From contig NW_005434658.1 of the NCBI RefSeq assembly GCF_000315625.1, forward strand, positions 773,139-837,138: DNA of 64,000 nt. The letters are read 5' to 3'. The DNA is from Guillardia theta CCMP2712. Lineage: Eukaryota; Protista; Cryptophyta. The notes under the pieces were generated by a model. The model worked only from the letters and a program-made list of their open reading frames with translations, had not been told where the DNA came from and made no database searches. Of this stretch, positions 47,527-59,084 are shown one piece after another; within the stretch, counting starts at the first letter, position 1; each line of letters opens with the position of its first letter. A program made the translations under genes and the position numbers.

Positions 47527-48640
47527 TCACCTGGTACTTTGCCTGCTCGTCGAGGATGGTAGACGAGCCGTCGCTGCCGGGGCTTCGAGAAGCTCGATAT
47601 CTCTCCAGTCCGTTCCAGAAATCACTCGCACTGACCTGTTGAACCTGGTTACCACAGCCTCCTCCTCCCCCCGCCAAAAAAAACCGACCCCTTCCTCCTC
47701 CTCTTCCTCCTCCTCCTCCTCCCTCCCTCCCTCCCTCCCTCCCTCCCTCCCTCCCTCCCTCCCTCCCTCCCTCCCTCCCTCTCTCTCATCTCATCTCCTC
47801 CTCCTCCTCCTCGCTTCCACCCTTCTCCCTCCCTCATTTTTCTGCCTCTCTTGAGGTAGAGCCGCTCAGGTCCTCTAGCAGCTCTTCTCAACTGCTCACC
47901 TGCTCCCTCCCTTCCCTTGCTGCAGATATCGCTGCCTGTGAATCTCAGCGTCAGCCGAGAGGAGAGCAACAAGACAAGCACAAGGTCGACAAGGAGGAAG
48001 AGGGAGGAGGAAATCAGTACAAAGACGATGGGGGCAAAGATGGGGACAAGGACAAGGAGGAAGAGAAAGAGGACGAGGAGGGGAAGAAGGACGACGAAGG
48101 CGAGTAGGAGGACAAGGGCAAGTAGGAGGATAGACCTCATTGCAGATCGCTGCGATCTCAGCAGGAGACATCCTTTCCGTCGCCTCTGCCTGCATGAACA
48201 GGAGCAGGTCAGGAGGAGGGCAAAATGCGCGGCCTCCTCACCAGCTGCTGCAGGTTGACGTCGCTAGCTAGCGGCATGTTCCTAGTGTGGACCCTGAAGA
48301 CCTGAGCAGGAGGTTATCCCAGCAGCAGCACGAAAATGTCGCTCACCCCACGTCGTCCTCGCGCGTCAGGGATCCCAACCTTGATGACCCGATCGAACCT
48401 CCCTGGGCTGAGGAGGAGGAAGGGTGAGCAAGAGTAGACGTAGATAGGTAAAAGAGCAGCAGCAGGAAACAGCAGGCCACGGTAAGAGCAGGAGAACATC
48501 GTTAATGTCACCGGCAAAGAGCCTCGTCGAGGACGTCAAAACGGTTTGTTGCTGCAACACAGACAACGCCAGAGCCGCCCTGGAGGGAGGAAGAGAAGGA
48601 GGATCAGGAGAAGAAAGGAGGAAGGGAAGGCGAAGAAAAT

Positions 48641-48676
<36 letters not shown>

Positions 48677-49252
48677 GACGAGGACGAGGAGGACCAGAAG
48701 GGGAAGGCAACGAGGAGGAGCAGAAGCAGGAGGAGGAGAGGGAGGCAACGAGGAGGAGCAGGAGCAGGAGCAGGAGGAGCAAGAGACCTTGGAGTCTATG
48801 CCGTCCATGCATGCAAGGAGCTGGTTGAGGGTCTGCTCTGCCTCGTCGTGGGAGGAGTATCCCCTTCCTCTCGACCTCGAGGGTAGTCAGCAGCAGCGTC
48901 AGCAGGCAGCCGCATGTCTCACTTGCCCAACGCGTCCAGCTCGTCGATGAAGATGATGCTCGGAGCCACTCTGACAGTCCACAGTAAGCGATCCATGGAG
49001 GATGGGAGGGAGACGTTTATGAGGGAGGTGTGGGGGGGGGGAGGGGCACGGGGAGGATGCACGGGGAAGGAGCACGGAAGAGGATTGGGAGACAGAAACT
49101 CCATCTGACCTCTTTGCTCTCTCAAACAGCTCCCTCACTCTCGCTGCTCCTCTCCCCACAAACATCTCGACAAAATCTGAACCAGAGCAGAAGATGAAGG
49201 GAACTTTGGCCTGCACAAATTCAGCGTCGCCACAGGAAGATATGGTGGAAGC

Positions 49253-49310
<58 letters not shown>

Positions 49311-50392
49311 TAAAACCTCTGCTGCGATGGCTCGAGCAAGCAGCGTCTTCCCTGTCCCAGGCGGCCCACACAGCAGAATCCCAGCAGGTATCCTCGCTCC
49401 CACCTTGAGATACTCTGGTGGAATCAAGAGAGGGAGGAGAGACAAGACGGGAGGAGGAGGAGGAGGAGCAGGAGGAGGAGCAGGAGGAGGAGCAGGAGGA
49501 GGAGCAGGAGGAGGAGGAGGAGGAGGAGGAGGAGGAGGAGGAGGAGGAGGAGGAGGAGGAGGAGGAGCAGGAGGAGGAGCAGGAGGAGGAGGAGGAGGAG
49601 GAGCAGGAGGAGGAGCAGGAGGAGGAGGAGCAGAGGAGGAGCAGAGGAGGAGGAGGAGGAGGAGGAGGAGGAGGAGCAGGAGGAGGAGAGGAGGAGGAGG
49701 AGCAGGAGCAGAGGAGGAGCAGGAGGAGGAGGAGAGGAGAGCAGTAGGAGAGAGGAGGAGGAGCAGGAGCAGCAGGAGGAGCAGGAGGAGGAGGAGCAGG
49801 AGGAGGAGGAGGAGGAGCAGGAGCAGGAGGAGGAGGAGGAGGAGGAGGAGGAGTCAGACAACTAGAGGAAAGGAGGAGCTCGCGTACTCTGAGGGTTCTT
49901 CATGATGTCGACAACCTCCATCACCTCCGCCTTGGACGCGTCGATGCCGGCGATGTCGTCGAAGGAGATGGAGGTGTCAAGGTGCGTCTGATCCGCCAGC
50001 ACCCCCACGTTCCCACTCCCTGTCTCCTGCTTGTGCAGCAGCCACAGACCCAGGCCTGCGATCCCGTACAGGAAGGGGCCAGCTAGCTGTGAGAGCTCGA
50101 GGCCAGCAAGGTCATCCTTGTGCGAGAAGCGGATGCCCTTGGAGGACATGTGCTTGATAAGGTCTGGAGGAGCGTTCAGCTGCTGCGTCTGGTAGCGACG
50201 CTTGTCGTCCCGCAGGCGGAAGGAGATATCGTCCATGCCAACCTCCACCTCCGACACGTGTCCAAGGTCGATGGCCTTGAGGAAATCCGAGTATGCGACC
50301 TGAGACGTCGGTCGGATCGTCTCCCGTTTCGGGCTGGGCAAGGGCAGGAGGAGAGCTGTAGCTGCCACCAGCAGCAGCAGCCATGGCGCCAT
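47527..50392 (-). CDS. FtsH-like membrane AAA+ ATPase, apparently without the M41 peptidase domain; multi-exon
   Basis: FtsH-type N-terminus ([13 protein letters not shown]) and [21 protein letters not shown], Walker A GPPGTGKT, pore loop [15 protein letters not shown], Walker [39 protein letters not shown]; stop soon after. Confidence 0.85.
49425..49855 (+). repeat. About 430-bp (GGA/GCA)n purine-rich microsatellite inside an FtsH-like intron
   Basis: Visible tandem repeat. Confidence 0.95.
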
Positions 50393-50802
50393 GGCAGACC
50401 GTGGGAGAGAAGAAAGGACTAGTTGATAAGGAGACAAAGATTCATCCGAGGGAGATTAATGAACGTGCAGCTCCAACAAGAATCCTCCACTGCTTCCAAT
50501 GCCGCCGTGCTTTCACAATCTGATAGCAATGTTGATCCAGAGTGCAGGCGAAATCAAGTATTGAATCTTGCTCTAACTCTGGCAACCTACGTATCTGTCT
50601 GAAATGTTCCCGCCTTGAGCTCTGTTTGTCTGCCCCTCTCCTCCCTCCTCTCTCCTCCTCTCTGTCTCTCTCTCCCTCTCTGTCTCTCTCTGCCTCTCTC
50701 CCTCCCTCTCTCTCTCCTCTCTCCTCGCTCTATGCCCGCTACTCGTTTCTTCCGATCCTGCTCTACCAGAGGGGGGGGCCGGCTCAGAGAATGACCCTCA
50801 TA

Positions 50803-50872
50803 CCGTACGGATACTCACGGATACTCACGGATACTCGGTGATACACAAGGACGGATACTATTTCGGATAGTC
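50803..50872 (+). repeat. Short tandem (TCACGGATAC)-type repeats between divergent genes
   Basis: tacggatac tcacggatac tcacggatac tcggtgatac ... acggatac. Confidence 0.85.
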
Positions 50873-51234
50873 TGGGAAACGTGCACAAGATATTCGCCTA
50901 GGAAGAAGGAAACAGTACCGGTAGGAGGAGAAAGGAGGGAGAGGAGAGGGGAAAGAGGAGAGAGGAGAGAGGAGAGAGGAGGAGCTCGACGTAGAGGAGA
51001 GACGAATTAGATTGACCGCAACCATCGCTCTTGGCCAACAAGATTTTCTATCGTCGGCTTGCAAGTTGCTTTAAGATAGTGAGATCTAGCAATCGTGGGA
51101 TACCACGAACTCCGCGGGCTACCTCCTCTGCAGGCCTCTCTTTCAGCCTCGTGCTCTTCCTCGTCCAGCCTCCGTCTTCCACGACGCTACTTGTCACCTC
51201 CAGGCTGCCGCATCACAAGAGAAGCTTCACGACC

Positions 51235-52683
51235 ATGTCGAGTGAGCCGTGGGAGACCGGGCTGGACCACATGGAGAAGTGGAAGCTCGGAGCTCTCAGG
51301 CACGACCTGAACATCTACAAGCATCATCAGAGCGGCCTTCGAGTCGCTGTCTGCAAGCTGCCCGGTCCTCTCTGCCAGGCAGACATCGTCATCCCCACAG
51401 CGTGCCAGGACGACAAGGGGCTGCCGCATTGCCTAGAGCATCTGATCTTCATGGGGAGCGCGAGGTATCCCTCCCGCGGCTTCCTCGACAAGCTCGCAAA
51501 CCTCTGCATCTCCCAGGGGACTAACGCCTGGACTGATCGCGACCACACGGCCTACAATGCTGTGACCGCCGGATCCAACGGGATGCTGCAGCTGCTTCCA
51601 GTGTTCCTGGACCACGTGTTCTCCCCGACGCTGACGGAGGAGCAGTTCCTGACTGAGGTCTTCCACTTCGACGGGGACGGGAAGGTGAAAGGAGTTGTGT
51701 TCTGTGAGATGCAGGGCAGGGAGGCGACGGAGGACGATCTACTGGACAACAAGCTGCACCACTTACTCTACCCCGGCACAGCCTACCAGTACGAGTGCGG
51801 AGGGCTGACCAAGGATATCGTCACCCTCAACAATCAGATGGTCAGGGACTATCATCGCAAGTTCTACCAGCCGGAGAAATGCTTCATCCTCGTCCATGGA
51901 CAGATCGAGGAGAACAAACTGCTCGCTGCGATCGACCAGTGGTGGGCCAACGCTGAGCTGCCACCGAAAAGGGAGGAGGAGGAGCGAGCCTGGAGCAGCG
52001 TCCCGCCTCCGATGCAGGAGAGCTCTTCTGCCGTCGTTGAGTTCGCTGCTGCCGATGAGTCCGTCGGGTCAGTCGCCTTCGCATGGAGCGGCCCCCCCCT
52101 CTCCGATGTCACCACCTGCACTGCCCTCAGCGTCCTTTTCCGCTTCCTCCACGAGGGGGCAGCTTCTCCGCTCTCGCAGAAGTTCGTGGAGAGCAAGGAG
52201 CCCAAGGCCTCCTCCATCGACTTCGACCTCGAGCTCCGCCTCCGCACCGCCATCACCTTGCAGTTCAACGGGGTGCCGTATAAGCATGACGAGGAGGGCG
52301 AGGAGGAGGCGGAGGGAGAGGAGGAGGAGGAGGGGGGGGAGGGCTCAGAGATGGAAATGGAGGATGGGAGCCTTGGCTCACCCTCGGGAGGGTCCAACTC
52401 CTCCCGTACCAACAGCACGGCATCGGAGGGGAGCAGCACGGCCAACCGCACGCGGCTGCTGGAGGAGGGAGTCCTCTGGGCTGAAGTAGAAACGCTGCTG
52501 CGTGAGTTCGTGGAGACTGGGCTGCCGCAGGACTCGTTGAAGAAGGCAAGTAGAAGGAGGAGGAGAGGGGCAGGGGGATGAGGAGCAGAAGCAGCAGGGA
52601 GCAGGGGGGAGCAGGAGGAGCGGAGGGAGCGGGAGTAAAAGCAGGAAGTCAGAGGGAAGGGAAAAAGGGGGCTGAGAAAGCAG

Positions 52684-52761
<78 letters not shown>

Positions 52762-55700
52762 GAGAGCTCATTTGCTCCTGCAGGCGTTGGAACGCCATCT
52801 TGTGAAGCTGCTAGAGGAGTGTGAGGACGAGCCATCGGATGCCCTGCAGAACTACGTGCTGCCTGAGCTGCTGTTTATGGAGCACATGTCGGGAAAGGTG
52901 AGGACAAAGGGAGGGAGGAGAGAGGCAGAGGAGGAGAGGAAGGGGCAGCAGGGAGAAGGAGGGGAGGACATTGGAGGGGAGGAGAGAAAAAGTGTTTCGG
53001 GGAGGAGACGACGGGAGGGAGGAGGGAGGTGAGCGGTGTTTGCCGCAGGAGAAGAAGGACTGGAGCTCAAGGCTGGACCCCACCAGGATCTTCGAGGAGC
53101 TGAGAAAGAAGGACAACAAGTACTGGGTGAGTCCTTTGGCATCCTCTCCTCACCAACCCCCTTTCATCCTCTTCATCCTCATTCCTCCTTTATCCTCCAT
53201 CCCCCTTTCTCCTCCTCCTCCTCCCTCCTTCCTCCTCCTCCTCCTTCCTCCTTCCTCCTTCCTCCTTTTCTCCTCTCCTTGACACCTGCTGGGCAGATGG
53301 ACCTGCTGGACCAGTGGATACTGAAGGCTCCTCGGGCGGAGGTGATCATGAAGCCAAGTCACGACCTGGTGGCACAGCGAGCGGAGGAGGAGGAAAAGCT
53401 GCTCGAGCAACGGGTTGGCCTTTCTGCTTCCACCTCCTCCTCTCCTTCCCCCACCCCTCCCCCCCTCCCCTCTGCCATCGTACATCCCACACTCTCACTT
53501 CCTCCTCCTAACTTCCAGCTTCTGGCAGCGCAAGGAGCTCGGAGACGAGGGGCTGCTGGAGGCAGGAAGGAGGAGCGAGCATGCAGTCAAGGCTAACGTC
53601 CCCGGAGAGTTCCCTCCTCCCGGCTTCACCCCTCCCTCCATGCCGCAGCCCTCCAGCATCTCCTCTTTCCCCCTCGAGCAGCAGATCCAAACTCTCTCCC
53701 TCCTCCCCGACGGCAGCCCCATGACCCTTCAGCTCGTCCGCACCGCCACCGCCTTCCTCTCCGTCACCGTAGGGTTTGACTGCCGGGGGGTACCTCCTCC
53801 TCTTCGCCCCTACCTCGTCCTCCTGCAGGTGGGAGAGGGAGGGGCGAGAAGGAGAGCATGGATTGATTGGAGGAAATGAGAGAAGTTTGTTGGGTTGGGG
53901 GAGGGGGGGGGGGGGAGGGGGGAAAGAGTATGGAACAGCAGAGGACTGTAGAGGAGCTCGATGGAACTGGTGCCGGGACTGATGAGACTTGGACAGGAGA
54001 TTTTGTTCTCAACGAGGATCGAGGGAGAGGATGGGAGGATTTTGGACAGCAAGGCTGCGGTGAAGGCAAGGCTGGAGGAGACGGTGTCCATGGGCTGCGC
54101 CGTTGGATGGTCGGGATCCGGTTTCTTTGCTTCCGTTCTACCCCAACTCGTCTTCGTGTCCGGGGTGAGGAGGAGGAGAGAAGAGGAGGAGACAGCGAGG
54201 GGGGAGGGGGGGGGAGGAAGAGGACCGGAAGGGACAGGAGAAGGACGAGGACGAGGACAAGGACGAGGGCGAGGACGAGGAGGTTGTGGATGACTTGGAT
54301 GGCAGGTGGCGCTGCCGCAGGAAGGAGGGTATGACAAGCTCTGCGACTGGATGAAGAGGATTGTGTACGAGACGAAGATAGACGAGGAGAGAGTGAAGAC
54401 TTGCCTCAAGAACCTTCGAAAGGACATCACCTCCTCCCTCAGAGACGGTCTCTCTCGCCTCCTCTCCTTAGTCTACTTCCGTCTGCTCCTGCTACTCTCC
54501 TCTCCTTATCTTTGGCTTACTCCCCTCCTCTTCCGCCTCCCTTATCATTCCTCGCTATTCCGCCTCTCCTCTCCTCCTTTCCTCCTCTCCTCCTCTCCTC
54601 CTTCCTGGGGGCGACGTTCCCTTCCCTCAACCTGCTCGACCTGTCACCCACAGCTAGCTTCGAGCTCGTCGCTTCTCTCCTCCTTTCTTCTCCCTCCTCC
54701 TCCTCCTCCTCCTCCTCCTCCTCCTCCTGATGCTGACTCCCGCCTTCAGGCTCGACCATCTGCAGCAGCGTGCGGATCTACCTCACCAACTCTCAGCTGC
54801 AGGACGAGCTCGGGTCACCTTCCTCGGAGCTGGAGATGAGCAACGTGCGCGCTGTCTCCCTCCTCACCCAGAAGCCCTTCATCGACAAGCTCGCCCGCCA
54901 GCTGACGGCCTGCAGAGACAGCAACTTCACGGGAGGAGGGGACGAAGCGAACGTCTCCTCCTCTTCCTCCTCCTCCTCCCTGTCCGACCGCAGCAAGGGC
55001 AACAAGACGGAGATCGACAGGATCGTGGAGGATCTGAAGACGCTGAGGAGCCTCATCGTGTCGGAGGAGGAGGAGAGCAACGCGAGATTCGCGCAGATCA
55101 TCGCCCCTCTGCCCGCAGAGCACTGCTCCTCCCTTACCGACGACGAGCTTTGTCAGCGTTTCCTCTCGAGCATGCGCACTGGCACCTCGTTCCTCGCCAG
55201 CACCGAGAGGCCCCTGACCCTCTCGGGGCAGGACAAGAGGAGGAAGCGATCGTCCTTAGACGACCCTGGCATGAAGCAGGAGAACAAGGGGAGGAGGAGG
55301 AGGAGGGAGAGCGTCTGCCTCACTCGTGGTCCCCTCCGCAACAACGTCGTCGAGCATGCAGTCGCTGTGTCGCTCAAGGGCATCGACTCTTCCTACCTCG
55401 AGCTCGTCATCCCCTGCTCCCTCCACAAGCTCGACGACGACCTCTTCCCGGTTTGGACTGATCAGCTCCTGCTCCTTCTACCTACTCGCTGCTACCTCCT
55501 CCACTCTCCTCTTCTCCATCCTCTCCTTATCTCTTCCTCAGTCTTTGTCGCTTCTTCTCCTTACTTCTTCCTGTGACGGACAACAGGTGATGCTCTTCGC
55601 CGAGCTTCTGTCTCGGTCGGAAGGCCCCCTCTGGAATCGCATCCGAGGAAAGGGTCTCGCCTATCACTCCCTCCTCGAGGTACCTCCCTCCCTCCTCCCT

Positions 55701-56886
55701 CCTCCCTCCTCCCTCCTCCCTCCTCCCTCCTCTCCCTCCCCTTCTGCCCTCTGTCCCCACTCCCTTCAACCTCCTTTCCCCCTTCTACTCAGGTCAGACT
55801 CAGATGCCTTCCTCCTCCCTCCTCCCTCACTTCTCCGCACTTCTCTTTCTGCTCCATCGCTCCTATCCCTCCCACTGAGCTGCCACCCTCCAGGTGCTGC
55901 CATGGGCGGGTCAGCTCTGCTTCTCCCTCGGCGAGTGCACGGCTCCTGCGCAGGCGCTGGAAGAATTTCTCACAATCCTCAAGGAGGTTGAGGAGGAGGT
56001 GGAGGAGGCCGAGCGCCAGGAAGAGGGTAAGTCTGCTCCCTGCTCTGCTCCTCTTTGTGACGCGCAGATGTCAGCAGGTGGGGGCTCAGCTGGGGAAGGA
56101 GCCGGGGAGGCAGCAGGGAAGCACATGAGGAAAGTGCTGGAGGAGTCTAAGGCGTCGCTCCTGTTCTCGGTCCATTCGAGGAGATCGACTCCTTCCTCCT
56201 GCGCGAGCCAGGCAGCCAAGGTCGGAGAGAGGAGGGGGAGAGGAGGGAGGGGAAGGGAGAGGGGAGGCAGAGGGAGGGATGGAGGGGAAGGGAGAGGGGA
56301 GGGCAGAGAAGGGCAGAATAGGAGGAGAGAGGAAGATATATGAGGGTGAGAATGAGAAGATCAGATAGGGCTCGGACTAGAAGAGACGACAGAGACGAGA
56401 GGAGTATCGAGGAGGGAACGAGGAGCGGAGGAAGGGAAGAGGAAGGGAAGGGAGGGGAGGAGCGGAGGAGGAAGGGAGGGGAGGAGCGGAGGAGGAAGGG
56501 AGGGGAGGAGGAAGGGAGGGGAGGGGAGGAGGAAGGGAGGGGAGGAGCGGAGGAGGGGCTGACGCAGCAGCAGGCCTACTTCTGGGGCGTCACCGAGCCG
56601 ATGGACGAGATGGAGAGAGAGACGCAGGCAATCGAGAGCGTGTCGCTTGCTGACCTGCGAAGAGTCTTCAACAGGTTCCCAGCTGCCCAGCTGCGCATGC
56701 TGACAAAAATGGCCAGCTGACCTGAGAACCGATAGGTACTTCAAGAGCTTCCTGGAGCCGGGAAATCGCTGCACCGTCTTGGTGTGCCCGGCAGGGAAGG
56801 GGGAGGGGTACGCGACAGAGCTGGAGGGGCTGCTGGGCCATCCAGTGAAGAGCTGCAAGGTCGCGGATTTCTTTGCTGAGGTCTAG
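51235..56886 (+). CDS. Peptidase M16 (insulinase family, M16C-like) metalloprotease, multi-exon
   Basis: DDKGLPHCLEHLIFMGS (inverted HxxEH), GTNAWTDRDHTAY, GVVFCEMQG, YECGG, GPLWNRIRGKGLAY; GT-AG/GC-AG introns; stop TAG 56884-56886. Confidence 0.9.
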
Positions 56887-57044
56887 GAGGAGGAGGAGAA
56901 AGTCAACGGGAGGGAGGAGAGGCAGGAGGAGGAGGGTGTAGTCAAAGTCTGTAATCTGAGATAGAAAAAACACTCCCTTCCCGCACCAAGTCTGTGACTT
57001 GCATCGGGTTTGCGGGCACAAAAACAGCAGCAGCAACTCCTCCG

Positions 57045-57139
57045 TCACTTGGCTGAGTCTGCTGTGCTCGCAATCGGCCTCCCTGTTAGCATCAGCCTCC
57101 TGTACCTGCAGGATCTTGAGAAATGAACGAGGAGGAGGA

Positions 57140-57202
<63 letters not shown>

Positions 57203-58706
57203 AGAAGGTAGGGAAAGGAAGGCAGCGGCAGAAGATACAGGAAGGACGAAAGAGGACGGATGGGCGGCAGGACGGTAGGACTTACTCTGCAGACCTCGAC
57301 CACGCGTCGAGCTCGCGGACTCTGGTGACAGGGAGGGGATGGGTCAGCATCTGAGCCGCGTTGCTCATCATTTGCCTGCCAACCCAGGAGCTCGAGCTGG
57401 GGAGCAGGTGAGGGCGATGGGCAGGAGGGAAGCGAGTCGCACCTCTCCTTCTCAAACTCTCGCGCCTGACTCAGAAAGGCGTCCGGGTTGAGCTCGCCGG
57501 CAAACGACGCAGATCCTCCAGTCAGCTTCATGATGACGGAGACGACGACCCGCGGGTCCTGACAGAAAATGAGGAGGGGAAGAGGTGGGGAGAGAGAGAG
57601 AGCAAGGGGGGGGGGCGGGGAGGACGAGGAGGAAAGGGAAGACGAGGACCAGAGCGAGGACCAGGAGCGAGCAACTGCTGACCTGCGAGACCAGGAGAGA
57701 GGCGCGATCGCAGGACAACTCCGCTGACTGCAGCCAGCGCATGATAGACATTGACATGACCTCCGACAGGACCCTCCCCAGCCCTAATCCACGTCATGTC
57801 ATGGACGAGAACTGGGGCAACCCGCTCCTCCTCCTTGCCTGGCAGCTGCGCAGCGAAGTTGGTGATGATGTTGGCAACCGTGATCCACAGTCCATGCTCG
57901 CACTTGAGGTGCCCGAGCTCGTGTGCGATCACAGCTTGCAGCTCTTGGGGAGACATGAGCTCGATCAACGCGCTGTGGATCACAATGAAGGGCTTCTTCC
58001 CCTGCTCGCCGCCCTCAGCTCACCGAGCTCCAGCACCGCCATGCTGTACCTGCATCGCCATGGTGTAGGCATTGGGAACAGGATTCTGCTTCACGTAGAC
58101 ATCCACGGGAATGTCAAGGGCCAGGATTCTCTTGGCTTCCACGAGGCTTTAAAACACTTCAGTTGCTCCCTCCCTCCCTCCCTCCCTCCCTCCCTCCCTC
58201 TGCCCCTCCCCTCCCCTCACCTGTTGTAGATCTTGGGCAGCTGGTTGGGCCCTACCCTGACCCCGCTCGACAGGTTATCCAGGAAGATGGCCTGCTCGAT
58301 CACCCCCCCCATGCCCTGCCTGACCAGGAACTCAAAGGGGAAGAGACGGCGCAAGGCCTCCGTCGCTTGAGTGTCGTAAGGATGACGAAACTGCGAGGGT
58401 TCTAACTTGCTCCATCCAAGCTTGGCGCTGTCAGCCTTGGGGAGGCTGTTGCCCACTGGCTCTGTCTTGTACTGCATCGAGCGAAACATGAGCAGCAGGT
58501 CCGAGGGGTCGAGAATGTACCTTGTCCATCGGCTTCGGTGGTTCCCGACGCCTTAGAGATTCAGAAGCTACAATCTCTTGCCTGAGAACTGATCTGCTTC
58601 GCCTTGATATGTGCGCTCTTGTCGATGGGAAGAAAGCAGGAACATGGAAGCAGGTTGCGCTTGAGACCACGAGCAGGAGGAGGAGGAGACTACAACTTGA
58701 CCTCAT
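57045..58706 (-). CDS. Peptidase M48 zinc metalloprotease (plastoglobule PGM48-like) with bipartite plastid-targeting presequence; multi-exon
   Basis: Signal peptide MRSSCSLLLLLLVVSSATC followed by F; FRHPYD, VRVGPNQLP, QNPVPNAYT, AHELGHLKCEH (HExxH), AELSCDRA, THPLPV. Confidence 0.9.
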
Positions 58707-59084
58707 CCTCAAGAAACTCAGCACTGATCAACTCACTCAATCTTGTATCTAGCTTGAATCCGATCAAAGATTCGGGTCTGCTTCCCTCTATCTCTCCTCT
58801 CCTCTCCTCTCCTCGTCTCTCCCCTCCCTCCTCCTCTTCCTTGCTTTCCCTGTGCCTTTATTTATTGGGTTGCAACACCCACCCCAGATTCACTACCCCA
58901 CATTACATCAACACCTGCCTCCCATAATAATCCCATCACTGCCTCTACCCTACAATTCTACCTTATTTGAACCCCTTCATTCTTCGAAATGGTTACCCTT
59001 ACCCCCTAATTTTCCACCACTATGTTACCCCTACCCCCTGATGCACCCCATTCCTTTTTCCCTTTCTAGAGCCTTTTCGTGGCC

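Noticed and set aside
47527-58706. Three adjacent protease-related genes (FtsH-like, M16, M48) as a functional cluster
   Set aside because: Different families, orientations and probable compartments; adjacency is plausible by chance in a gene-dense eukaryote
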